This document shows positions 6,597-15,616 of a DNA stretch of 64,000 bases, in pieces. Each line of letters opens with the position of its first letter. Positions within the stretch are counted from its first letter, which is position 1. The notes beneath the pieces are model-generated. The model was not told the origin of the DNA and searched no databases. It saw only the letters and a list, made by a program, of their open reading frames with translations. This DNA is from a virus. Its lineage: Duplodnaviria > Caudoviricetes. A program made the position numbers and the translations under genes. The DNA is taken from positions 2,166-66,165 of IMG/VR virus record IMGVR_UViG_3300012956_000024; one strand, 5' to 3'.

Positions 6597-7442
6597 ATGA
6601 CGATCACAACGCTCGACGGACTCATCAACGCGCTCGGCAACAATTCGAGCCGCGTCGTGATCGACAAGGCCTCTATATCGAACGCCGCGGTCGGCCAGTT
6701 CCACAGCTTGTGGCGGGCGACCGGACAGCCGGGGCAGGGCGCCATCCCGACGACGGTGGCCGTTCCGACCTACGCCACGACTGGCGCGATGAACTTCACG
6801 CAACAGACGGGGCCAGCGACGACATACATCTCCTATTTAGAGGCTGTCTGCTCCAACAGCGCCGTCACGCTTGAGGTTCACGACCGGCTGGCGCATTCCG
6901 GCGGTCTGGTCGGAAACGTCGCGACGGCACAGACGACGAACCTGCCGCTCGATCTCGACAGTCTTCTTGCGACGAACAATCTCGCCGCGCGTATCGGCGA
7001 CAGCAATTATTCGGACGTGCAGTGGTGGCTTGAGTGGTACACCGACACCGGGGCGACGGCCACGACCGTCACTGTGAACGTGACATACAACGACGCCAGC
7101 ACCGGGAACCTGACTGCGTTTGCTATTGCCGCAACACGCCGCGCGTCATTTCTTCAACCGCTCAACGGCCTGATACCAGCAGCCGCAGCAGGCAAGTTCA
7201 TCCGCGGCGTGAACTCGGTTACTTTCACGGCGACGACCGGCACCGCTGGCGCATTGGGCGTCACAGCAACACGCCCGCGCGCGTCGCTTGGATGCCCGTT
7301 GGCGAACATCAAGTGGTCCGGCGATTGGGCATCGCTTCCGCTCAGCGAAATCCCGAATGACTCTGCGCTATTCGTGCTGTTGATCGCCGGGACAACCACA
7401 ACCGGAACGGTGCGCGGCAGCGGCAAGCTGGCGCACGGCTGA
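6597..7442 (+). CDS. Tail structural protein, 281 aa
   Basis: Thr/Ala/Gly-rich beta protein within fibre cluster. Confidence 0.65.
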   Translation: MTITTLDGLINALGNNSSRVVIDKASISNAAVGQFHSLWRATGQPGQGAIPTTVAVPTYATTGAMNFTQQTGPATTYISYLEAVCSNSAVTLEVHDRLAHSGGLVGNVATAQTTNLPLDLDSLLATNNLAARIGDSNYSDVQWWLEWYTDTGATATTVTVNVTYNDASTGNLTAFAIAATRRASFLQPLNGLIPAAAAGKFIRGVNSVTFTATTGTAGALGVTATRPRASLGCPLANIKWSGDWASLPLSEIPNDSALFVLLIAGTTTTGTVRGSGKLAHG

Positions 7443-7444
7443 TC

Positions 7445-8620
7445 ATGGGCGGCATCAACGCCCCTGGTTCCCGATTCGGCTGGCGGGGCGCGCTGGCGCT
7501 ACCGGCGGAATACTTCGACGCCCCTACAGCGGCGTACACGCTCGCCGCCGACGCAGGCGCCGTTGCCCTCACCGGCGCTGCTGCGACACTTATGCTCGCA
7601 GCGGTGCTGACCGCCGGCTCCGGCGGTTACGCGGTCGCTGGCGCGGCGGTCGCCATGAGCGCCGGAAGGGCGCTGGCCGCGGACTCGGGCGGCTACACGC
7701 TGACGCCGACAGATGCAGGGCTTTTGCGCGGGCGCAGCATGCCCGCTGACGGTATGGCTCTCACGGTATCCGGCGCTGATGTCGGACTCAGCCGAACGAC
7801 AGCTGTCACCGCAGACGGCGCTGTGTTTGTTGTCGCCGGCAGCGAGGTCGCGCTCCGGCTCAACCGCGTGATCCGCGCCGACGCGGGCAGCGTTGCGGTG
7901 GCTGGTGCCGCGGTAGGCATGAATCTGGGCTTCCGAGCGGTCGCTGATCCGGCGGTGTTCGCGTGGACGGGCGGCGAGGCGTCATTCCGCGCAACGCGCC
8001 GGCTTTTCGCTGAGACTGCCTCACTTACATCAGGCACTGTCGGAAGCGAAGACTGTGAGTGCTACGATGGTCCGCGCGTTATCCTACAGGCGTCCCCTAC
8101 CTACTCGGTCACGCAGATGCCCACCGCACAAGTCATCACGGTCGCCTCAAACACCACGGCCTGCACGCCCCAGCCCATCACGCAGATGCTAGAAGTCGCC
8201 CAGTCCTCGCCGACCGTCGAAGTGCACCCGGAGTGCCCACCACCGGTCATCGAGGTCAACACGCCCGGCCCGAAGGGCGACAAGGGTGCGCCTGGCGAGA
8301 CGATTCCGCCGATCTATTTCTCCTACGGCGACGCGCCGAGCGTGCGCTGGACAGCGACGGACGCTGGACTCTTGACCGGTGTTCGCGTCATCATCCGCGT
8401 GGCGTTCAACGGTATCGGCCCGACGATCGAGGTGGGTGTGAACGCCGACGTGGACGCTGCGCTGCCGGCGTTCTTCAACGACCCGACGACCGTGCAGGAG
8501 TTCGAGAACACGCCGGACATCCAGATGGCAGCCGGTGATACAATCACATTGACGATTTCGCCCGGAATCGGAGCATCCATAGGCAGCGGCGTGCTGCTGC
8601 TAGATTTCCTACCTGATTAA
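7445..8620 (+). CDS. Tail fibre protein with ~8 x 22-aa Ala/Gly repeats and short collagen motif
   Basis: Repeats like LAADAGAVALTGAAATL; GPKGDKGAPGE. Confidence 0.7.
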   Translation: MGGINAPGSRFGWRGALALPAEYFDAPTAAYTLAADAGAVALTGAAATLMLAAVLTAGSGGYAVAGAAVAMSAGRALAADSGGYTLTPTDAGLLRGRSMPADGMALTVSGADVGLSRTTAVTADGAVFVVAGSEVALRLNRVIRADAGSVAVAGAAVGMNLGFRAVADPAVFAWTGGEASFRATRRLFAETASLTSGTVGSEDCECYDGPRVILQASPTYSVTQMPTAQVITVASNTTACTPQPITQMLEVAQSSPTVEVHPECPPPVIEVNTPGPKGDKGAPGETIPPIYFSYGDAPSVRWTATDAGLLTGVRVIIRVAFNGIGPTIEVGVNADVDAALPAFFNDPTTVQEFENTPDIQMAAGDTITLTISPGIGASIGSGVLLLDFLPD

Positions 8621-8634
8621 CCGGAGATACTGTC

Positions 8635-9336
8635 ATGGCTGGACGTTTTGCAGACCTTCTTGGCACTTTGTATACCAAGTTCCAGCTTGGGATTGGCGGC
8701 CCGCAGGTAAAGGGCAACAGCGGGACCGTCGAAGCACGCAACGCAGCCGACAACGCGTATGCCACGATCCGCGCAGCTCTGGTCGAAATCTACGGCGATG
8801 ACATCATCATCAACGCCGGGGCCGCAGGCTCAGGCGCGGACTGGACCTTCACGATCACCCGCCCGTCTACGGGCATGACCCACGATTTGCAGGTGATCTG
8901 GCCTTCTGGCGACCCCAGTGTTGGCCAGGCGGTGACTGTGGCCAGCTTCGCTGGCGATGTGATCACGCTCGGGTACACCACGCTCGCCGCCGGCACCGAT
9001 AAACTGGTGGTCGACACGACCAGCCTTGCGTTCGGCACGTCGAGTCCGCTAGCCATGTACACCGCTCCCGCCAACGCGGTGCATACGATGTTCCAGATCA
9101 TCATCGACACCGCGTTCGACGGCACGCCAACGATGTCGATTGGCATCACGGGCATGACGAGTAAGTATGTCGGCACGGGATCAGTCGACTTGACTGCGCC
9201 GGCAGGGACGATCTTCGAGGTGTGCCCCGGCGTCGCCGCACCGGGAGGCAGTGAGAACCTCATCACGACGTATTCTGCCGGCGGCGCAACGGTCGGCGCC
9301 GCTCGGATTCTCGGCTACTACGCTATCCCGAGCTAA
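8635..9336 (+). CDS. Tail structural protein, 233 aa
   Basis: GGAG SD; C-terminal part resembles that of 7445..8620. Confidence 0.65.
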   Translation: MAGRFADLLGTLYTKFQLGIGGPQVKGNSGTVEARNAADNAYATIRAALVEIYGDDIIINAGAAGSGADWTFTITRPSTGMTHDLQVIWPSGDPSVGQAVTVASFAGDVITLGYTTLAAGTDKLVVDTTSLAFGTSSPLAMYTAPANAVHTMFQIIIDTAFDGTPTMSIGITGMTSKYVGTGSVDLTAPAGTIFEVCPGVAAPGGSENLITTYSAGGATVGAARILGYYAIPS

Positions 9337-9339
9337 ACC

Positions 9340-10812
9340 ATGACTGGTCCCAAAGTCTTTGGGCAGGACGTGCAGGTTCGAGGTTTCCTCGAAGTTGACA
9401 CGTTCACGGTCAATACGTCGCTGTCCTTGCCGGCGAATCAAATTACACGCGTTTCGCTTGTGAATGGGGCCGCGTGCTCTATCGTTGGCCGCTCTGCGAA
9501 CAGCATCGGCGCCGAGGCCGACATTGCTGCCAGCACCAACGACACCGTGTTCATGCGCAAAGCGAATGCGTTAGTGTTCGACAAGATTCCAGTCACTGCG
9601 TTCGATGTCACCGGCACCCTGGACGACACAAGATTCCTGAATGGCGCCGGCGTTTTTACTAACTCTCTGAACAACACGCTTTACGTCAATGGTCTGAGCA
9701 CCGCCGGCAATGTCGGTTGTAACACGGTTTACGCCACCAATCTCGACGTCAGCGTGTCGGTTCAACTCCCAGTTGATTCAATAGTTCGGGCCGCACTGGT
9801 TAACGGGTCGGCTTGCTCAATAATTGGTCGAAGCGCGAACTCATCTGGCGCCGTGGCCGATATCCCGATGGGCACGAACGACCGTTTGCTTGGCCGTGTA
9901 TCTAACGTGGTGCAGAGTACCCAACTTACGGCTGGCATGTTCCCGAACAACATCGTTACCAACGCCATCCTTCGCGACAGCCCATCGCTCTCGCTTATGG
10001 GTAACGGTAGTAGCTCTCCTGGCGACCCTAGCGACATTTCTGCGATTGGCAGCGGCGACGTGCTGTTCATCGAGAACAGCTCGATCATTTTCGACAACTG
10101 GATCAGGCAGCGCCGAAACATCATGCGCGGGTTCTGGGAGTTCGAGCAAGGGAACGGGCACAAGGACGGTACTGCGCTTGCTGATGCGGTCAACATCGTC
10201 GGCACGCCCTTTTGGTCGCACAAGGTGGGAACCGGCCTCATCAGTCAAGCTGCTCGAGGCGGCACGTATTCAAGAAACTGCCTCACGCTCGGCATTTATT
10301 CGGTCGGCGACCAGGCCGGCTTCTACATGAATGATGTGATTTCATCCGCGAACGGAATCCCAACAAACGCCGGCCCGCTGATCTTTGAGGCAGGCGTTCA
10401 ATGCAACACCATAAGCGCCGCATCCAACGATTACACGATCAATGTCGGCTTCTTGTGCGACAAGCAGATCGCTGATCGTGGCGTGTTCTTTCAATACGAA
10501 AGGGCAACCAGCGGGAATGTGTGGCGGCTGATTGCGAGAGCTTTTGGCACAACGACCACAGTGAGCGCGGCTACCGTTGCTGTTGCGACAGAGTACAGGT
10601 TGCGGATCGAGATCACATCAGCGAGCAACGCCAACTTCTACGTGAATGGCGCATACGTTGGTAACGTAACATCGAACATCCCAACCCTCGTGGGGATGGG
10701 TGCGACCATGTATCGGACGTCGAGTTCTGCTGGCGCGGTGGCGTACTGGGATGTTGACTATGTCGCCTATCAACTCGCGCTATCCACGCCGCGCTCGGCA
10801 ACACAGCGATAA
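9340..10812 (+). CDS. Tail fibre / receptor-binding protein with three internal repeats
   Basis: SIVGRSANSIGAEADI / SIIGRSANSSGAVADI / SLMGNGSSSPGDPSDI; lectin-like C-terminus. Confidence 0.7.
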   Translation: MTGPKVFGQDVQVRGFLEVDTFTVNTSLSLPANQITRVSLVNGAACSIVGRSANSIGAEADIAASTNDTVFMRKANALVFDKIPVTAFDVTGTLDDTRFLNGAGVFTNSLNNTLYVNGLSTAGNVGCNTVYATNLDVSVSVQLPVDSIVRAALVNGSACSIIGRSANSSGAVADIPMGTNDRLLGRVSNVVQSTQLTAGMFPNNIVTNAILRDSPSLSLMGNGSSSPGDPSDISAIGSGDVLFIENSSIIFDNWIRQRRNIMRGFWEFEQGNGHKDGTALADAVNIVGTPFWSHKVGTGLISQAARGGTYSRNCLTLGIYSVGDQAGFYMNDVISSANGIPTNAGPLIFEAGVQCNTISAASNDYTINVGFLCDKQIADRGVFFQYERATSGNVWRLIARAFGTTTTVSAATVAVATEYRLRIEITSASNANFYVNGAYVGNVTSNIPTLVGMGATMYRTSSSAGAVAYWDVDYVAYQLALSTPRSATQR

Positions 10813-10836
10813 ACCCACACGCCGCAGGAGTACGTT

Positions 10837-11247
10837 ATGCTGCACACTGCCCTTCACCCATTGACCGAACGCCGTAGGAAGCCGCGAGTGCTGCCTAAGC
10901 ACTGGCGTGATCTGTTTCCTGGAGGGCCACCGATGCCAGCGACCAAGGACGATATTGCGCGTTTGCGCGGCGTATTGCACATGTTGCAGTCAGAACGTGC
11001 TTTCGCCGCTGGCCACGGGGAGATCGCCAGAAAAGAAACCATCATGGCGCTCGAACGCGCCATTGCGTTGCTGGAGGAAGGCGCAGCCAGTTCTCCTGTG
11101 TTCTGGATTCTCGGCGCTCTGTCGAAAGCATGGGTGCGCAAGAGCCCGTACCGTTTTGTGCCGATCGACCACGACTTGAATCAGTGGGCGCTGGAGCAGC
11201 TGCACGCGCAGCTAGGTAGTGATGAGGCGTCGAATGAAGTCCACTAA
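10837..11247 (+). CDS. Hypothetical protein (second possible start at 10933)
   Basis: AGGAG SD at first start, GGAGG SD at second. Confidence 0.6.
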   Translation: MLHTALHPLTERRRKPRVLPKHWRDLFPGGPPMPATKDDIARLRGVLHMLQSERAFAAGHGEIARKETIMALERAIALLEEGAASSPVFWILGALSKAWVRKSPYRFVPIDHDLNQWALEQLHAQLGSDEASNEVH

Positions 11248-11449
11248 GGCTGCCCGCCGTGCGCTCAACCACATGCCTGAGTGGGCGAACGCCTTGTTCG
11301 TGTTCGTGTTCACCGGGATTATCGGGTACGCTGCGCACCGGATGTCGGAGAGTGCAGCGTTCGAGCACAGCTCGACCTCGTTGATGCTGGACCTTCGCGC
11401 CCGCGTGGCGGCACTTGAATCGAGACCTTGCCCGGAGAGGGAAAAATGA
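11234..11449 (+). CDS. Single-TM protein, holin/antiholin candidate
   Basis: WANALFVFVFTGIIGYAA then coiled-coil; lysis locus. Confidence 0.55.
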   Translation: MKSTKAARRALNHMPEWANALFVFVFTGIIGYAAHRMSESAAFEHSSTSLMLDLRARVAALESRPCPEREK

Positions 11450-11793
11450 AAAACTGGCTGCTGCGTCATCAGGATTTTCTCGGATGGGCGCCCATGGCGT
11501 TTGTACTCGCCATCGGGTCGTGGGTCGCACTCGGCGGCATCGCTGACCGCGACGATCTCATCCGTCGGATACTTCAGATCCCAGTCGCGACGATCTACGC
11601 GTTGATCGCGTCAGGCGTCGCTTACCAGGTATGGCGCCGGTGGAGTTACCGGATGTGCGAAGCCGAGCTGGAGGTCTACTGGGCGGGGGCGTTAGCGGGT
11701 AACCGAGGCCCCCTCATCATCTACGCCATCAACGCGGGCTTCTACTTATGCGCATTCCTCGCCGTGCTGTTCTTCTTGTACTTCTGGCGATAG
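11446..11793 (+). CDS. Holin candidate (3 TM)
   Basis: Three hydrophobic segments, basic termini, immediately upstream of endolysin. Confidence 0.65.
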   Translation: MKNWLLRHQDFLGWAPMAFVLAIGSWVALGGIADRDDLIRRILQIPVATIYALIASGVAYQVWRRWSYRMCEAELEVYWAGALAGNRGPLIIYAINAGFYLCAFLAVLFFLYFWR

Positions 11794-12548
11794 CTGGGTG
11801 TACAAAGCCGCCGGAGACCTTGGTTGAGGTTGCGGCAGAAACCGAGGTTGCTCAGGCCGAAACGGCTCAAGCCGCTGTGCCGGCGATCATCGCCATTCGC
11901 GAAGTCGTCGAAAGTGTGGCGCCGATTGAGTCGGCGACCGCGACACGCTGCGTGGTGCACCCCGAGGCCGTCGACCTCATCGTCCGCTTTGAAGTCACGA
12001 GCCCCCAGTACTACGAACTGAAACTGCAGGGGGTCATATGGGCAGGGCTCCACTCAGGCGCTACGTGGGGCGTCGGCTTCGACGGCGGGCACCAGACCAA
12101 GGCTTTCATCGAGCGCGCGTGGGAGAAACACCCGCAGGTTGATCGCCTGGCGATTACCTCCGGTGTTATCGGCCTGGCTGCGAAGAACCTGGTCCCGCAG
12201 CTACGTGATGTGCGCACGCCGTACCCGATGGCCGCTGACGTTTTCACGCTCGCGACGCTGCCGGTGTACTGCGAACTGGCCAAGCGCGTGTTCCGCAACG
12301 GGTGGGAGTTGTTGCCTGAGCGCGCCCAAGGGGCGCTCGTTGCGACGGTGTACAACCGAGGGGCGAGTACCCAAGGGGCGCGGCGCCTGGAGATGGCAAT
12401 TCTGCAGACGGACTGTGTTCCCCGTGGCGATGTGGCGTGCATCGCGGTGCAGTTGCGCTCGATGCCCCGGCTCTGGGTCGGTACGAACGTGTACGATGGG
12501 CTGCGTAAGCGGTACGAGGCAACGGCGAAGCTCGCCGAAAAAACCTGA
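11748..12548 (+). CDS. Endolysin (pesticin/T4-lysozyme-like muramidase) with N-terminal lipoprotein signal
   Basis: LIVRFEV...SGATWGVGFDGG...GALVATVYNRG; MRIPRRAVLLVLLAIAG-C. Confidence 0.8.
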   Translation: MRIPRRAVLLVLLAIAGCTKPPETLVEVAAETEVAQAETAQAAVPAIIAIREVVESVAPIESATATRCVVHPEAVDLIVRFEVTSPQYYELKLQGVIWAGLHSGATWGVGFDGGHQTKAFIERAWEKHPQVDRLAITSGVIGLAAKNLVPQLRDVRTPYPMAADVFTLATLPVYCELAKRVFRNGWELLPERAQGALVATVYNRGASTQGARRLEMAILQTDCVPRGDVACIAVQLRSMPRLWVGTNVYDGLRKRYEATAKLAEKT

Positions 12549-12560
12549 CAGGAGAGTGCC

Positions 12561-12674
12561 GTGGGTCATTTACTGTTTTTGTGTATCGGTCTCGCCGCTG
12601 GCGGCGCAGTCGTCTTCTACAACTACGCGCGAGTCCGCGCCCTCGTGCCGAAGCGGTTCGGCGGTGACAAGTGA
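12561..12674 (+). CDS. 37-aa single-TM protein
   Basis: Hand-translated MGHLLFLCIGLAAGGAVVFYNYARVRALVPKRFGGDK; AGGAG SD; GTGA overlap. Confidence 0.7.
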   Translation: MGHLLFLCIGLAAGGAVVFYNYARVRALVPKRFGGDK

Positions 12675-13255
12675 TCTTCTGGTTGAAGCTCGCGATGGTC
12701 GGTGCGCTGGTTGGCGGGCTCGCCTACGCCGGCATTGAGGTGCGTAACGCGTTCGTCGAACGCGCGCAGTTCGCCGCGGCCAACGACCAGCTCAAGGAGA
12801 CGATCAAGGCGAAGGACGACGCCATCGCGGCGGCTGAAAAAGCGGCTGACGACGCGCGACGCGACGCGAAGGCGCAGATCGACAAGATCAAGGGCGAAGT
12901 GGACCTCGCCAATCAGCTCGCCGCTGCGGCGGTGGAGAAAACCAAAACCATTGCGAGGAATCTGGCTCATGCGAACGATGCGATCGAAACTTGGAAACTC
13001 AGTAGCGCTGCTGCTGCTGCTGCCGCTGCTATGCCTTTCCCTGTCGGCGTGCTCGAACCGCCAAAAACCGGACCCACAGCCCAAATCGAACGTGATCCGT
13101 GTCCTGCCGCCGGATCACCTGGTACAGCTGGTGCCGGAGCCTGTGTTCCAACCTTGAGCGAAGGTCTGCGGCTTTGCACAGCGATGCAGGGCGCACTGCG
13201 AACGTGTAACGGCCAACTCGAGCAGCTGCAGATATGGAAAAAAGCCAATCAATGA
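12671..13255 (+). CDS. Inner-membrane spanin (Rz-like)
   Basis: N-terminal TM plus coiled coil after endolysin. Confidence 0.8.
   Translation: MIFWLKLAMVGALVGGLAYAGIEVRNAFVERAQFAAANDQLKETIKAKDDAIAAAEKAADDARRDAKAQIDKIKGEVDLANQLAAAAVEKTKTIARNLAHANDAIETWKLSSAAAAAAAAMPFPVGVLEPPKTGPTAQIERDPCPAAGSPGTAGAGACVPTLSEGLRLCTAMQGALRTCNGQLEQLQIWKKANQ
12969..13157 (+). CDS. Outer-membrane lipoprotein spanin (Rz1-like), embedded in +1 frame, apparently short
   Basis: MRTMRSKLGNSVALLLLLPLLCLSLSA-C lipobox; Pro-rich mature part. Confidence 0.75.
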   Translation: MRTMRSKLGNSVALLLLLPLLCLSLSACSNRQKPDPQPKSNVIRVLPPDHLVQLVPEPVFQP

Positions 13256-13734
13256 CGTTGAGTGAGCCCGAAGAGCCAGGAGGCGTCGTCGGGCTCACCA
13301 ACGAGGAAGCGAGCTACGTCTATAACGTAGAGGTGCTCGGTCTGCCTGTGAAAAAAGCGGCGTTGATGGCCGGTATGCCGATCAATCTGGTCAGCAAACC
13401 GATCATCCAGCAGGCGCGCACGCAGCTGCGCAAACAGGTCCGCGGCGACCTTCTGTTGACCAAGGAAGATATCGTGCACGGCATGATGGACGCCGTGGGC
13501 CGCGCCAAGTTGTTCGGCGAGCCTGCTACGGAAATCATCGGTTTGAAAGAAGTGGCTCGGCTGATGGGTTTCGACCAGCCGCAGAAGATCGACGTCAACG
13601 TCAAAGCGACGATCGAAGTGATGATGCAGCAGGCGCGCGGCATGTCGCTCGAAGAGCTGATGGTCGGCGTACCCGGCGCAGGGGAAGTGTTGGATGTCGA
13701 GTTCTACGAAACCAAAAAAAGCGAAAATCAATAA
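13252..13734 (+). CDS. terS: Terminase small subunit
   Basis: N-terminal HTH; directly upstream of TerL. Confidence 0.7.
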   Translation: MTLSEPEEPGGVVGLTNEEASYVYNVEVLGLPVKKAALMAGMPINLVSKPIIQQARTQLRKQVRGDLLLTKEDIVHGMMDAVGRAKLFGEPATEIIGLKEVARLMGFDQPQKIDVNVKATIEVMMQQARGMSLEELMVGVPGAGEVLDVEFYETKKSENQ

Positions 13735-15613
13735 ACCCGTCAGCGAGCTGAAGCCGCTGAAGTGCCGCGCCTGCGGCGAATTTCGCGTGCTTGATGATTT
13801 CCGGCTGTTTACCGTCAAGCCTGCCACCAGCTACATGGACTTCTGCGTGTTCTGCGAGCGCCGCGAGAGCACCGTCGTTTTGTATCGTCGATATACCGGA
13901 TACGCAACGGCCGCAATCGCGCAAGCCGTCTTCGCGGCCGACCGCACGCCGGCGCTGAATCGCTCGACCGAGCAGGTACGCCTGCTCGTCGAAGCGTTCA
14001 AGACCAAGCCCGCGACGAACGAAGAGATTGTCCAGCTTGAGGTACGCCGCCGTGAGCTGGCGCGGCGGAACCTGATCTATTACACAACAATGTTCGTGCC
14101 AGGATACAAGCCGGGATGGGTGCACCACGACATCGCGCGGCGTCTCGAGAAGTTCATGCGCGACGTCGAGGCGGGAAAATCGCCGCGCCTGATCATCGCG
14201 ATGCCGCCGCGGCACGGCAAGAGCCAGCTCGCGTCTGACATCTTTCCGTCGTGGGTGTTGGGGCATCACCCGGAGTGGGGCATCATCGGGTCGAGTTACG
14301 CGCAGTCCCTGCCGCTCGACTTCAGTCGCGCGATCCGTGACCGCATGGGCGACGCGGACTACAAATCGATTTTCCCTGACGCGCATCTGCGCGCCGGCGT
14401 GCAAGGTGTCGAGTCGTGGAAGACGTCGAAAAATGGCGGCTACATCGCCGCCGGCGTCGGCACCGGCATCAACGGCAAGGGTATGCACATCGGCATCCTC
14501 GACGACGCGTTGAAGGACTCCGAGGCGGCCGACTCCGAGACAATCCGCAACAGCACGTTCGCATGGTACAACCAGGTGTTCCGTTTGCGCCTGGCGCCGG
14601 GCGGCGGCGTCCTGATCATCGCGACGCGGTGGCATTACGCGGACCCGACCGGCAAGGTGCTCGATATCGAGGCCGAGTTGATCAAAAACGGCGTGCCTGT
14701 CGAAGAGCGCGAGAACTGGGACATGATCTCCTACCCGGCGATCGCCGAGCAGGACGAGTTTTTGCTCGCTGACGGGACGATTCGACAAGGGCAGCTCGAC
14801 GTTGAAGGGGAAGAAAAAGCGCGCCTGCTGCGGCGCAAAGGCGAGGCGCTGCACCCCGAGCGCTACACGCTCAACGACTTGCTCAAACTCAAGCACGGTA
14901 TGCCGCCGCTCAAGTGGAGCGCGCTGTTCCAGCAGAGCCCCACGCCCGACGATGGTGACTTTTTCAAGAAAGACGACATCAAATACCGCTGGCTCGATCC
15001 GGCGTATCGACCGATGTGCAACCTATTCCTCGTGGTCGACTACGCGATCACGAAGAAACAGCGTAGCGACTTCACCGTGGCCGGTATCGTTGCACAGGAC
15101 AGCAACGACGATATGTACTTGCTCGCTATGCGACGTGGGCGCTGGAAGACATTTCAGATCGTTGAAAACCTCATGGCGCTTATCGAGGAGTACAACCCGA
15201 CAACGTACGCCGGCGAACAAGGACAGATACACCACGCGGTGTGGCCTGTGATACTGCAGGCGATGGAGGCGCACAAGCCGAAGCCCATTTATATCTCGGT
15301 CGACGAGACGCTGGTGCCGATCCAGGACAAGGAGGTCCGCGCTCGGCCGCTGCAAGCGCGCACGCAGCGCGGCAAGTTTTTTCTGTCTTTCGACACGCCT
15401 GCACCGCCGGACGACTACAATGTCGCGGTTCGCGAAATGCTCCAGTTTCCGAACGGGTTGAACGACGACTGCGTGGATATGCTGGCGTGGGGCGCGCGTC
15501 TAGCGCAGAATCTGTCCTTGCCGAGCCCGCCCGTGTTCCACAATCGTCCGACGAAGAGCTGGAAAGATGACCTTAGTACTTCCGAACAGCCTACCTCTTT
15601 CATGGGCGCTTGA
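13694..15613 (+). CDS. terL: Terminase large subunit
   Basis: MPPRHGKS Walker A, GILDD Walker B, C-terminal nuclease FPNG.NDDCVD. Confidence 0.96.
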   Translation: MSSSTKPKKAKINKPVSELKPLKCRACGEFRVLDDFRLFTVKPATSYMDFCVFCERRESTVVLYRRYTGYATAAIAQAVFAADRTPALNRSTEQVRLLVEAFKTKPATNEEIVQLEVRRRELARRNLIYYTTMFVPGYKPGWVHHDIARRLEKFMRDVEAGKSPRLIIAMPPRHGKSQLASDIFPSWVLGHHPEWGIIGSSYAQSLPLDFSRAIRDRMGDADYKSIFPDAHLRAGVQGVESWKTSKNGGYIAAGVGTGINGKGMHIGILDDALKDSEAADSETIRNSTFAWYNQVFRLRLAPGGGVLIIATRWHYADPTGKVLDIEAELIKNGVPVEERENWDMISYPAIAEQDEFLLADGTIRQGQLDVEGEEKARLLRRKGEALHPERYTLNDLLKLKHGMPPLKWSALFQQSPTPDDGDFFKKDDIKYRWLDPAYRPMCNLFLVVDYAITKKQRSDFTVAGIVAQDSNDDMYLLAMRRGRWKTFQIVENLMALIEEYNPTTYAGEQGQIHHAVWPVILQAMEAHKPKPIYISVDETLVPIQDKEVRARPLQARTQRGKFFLSFDTPAPPDDYNVAVREMLQFPNGLNDDCVDMLAWGARLAQNLSLPSPPVFHNRPTKSWKDDLSTSEQPTSFMGA

Positions 15614-15616
15614 TCG

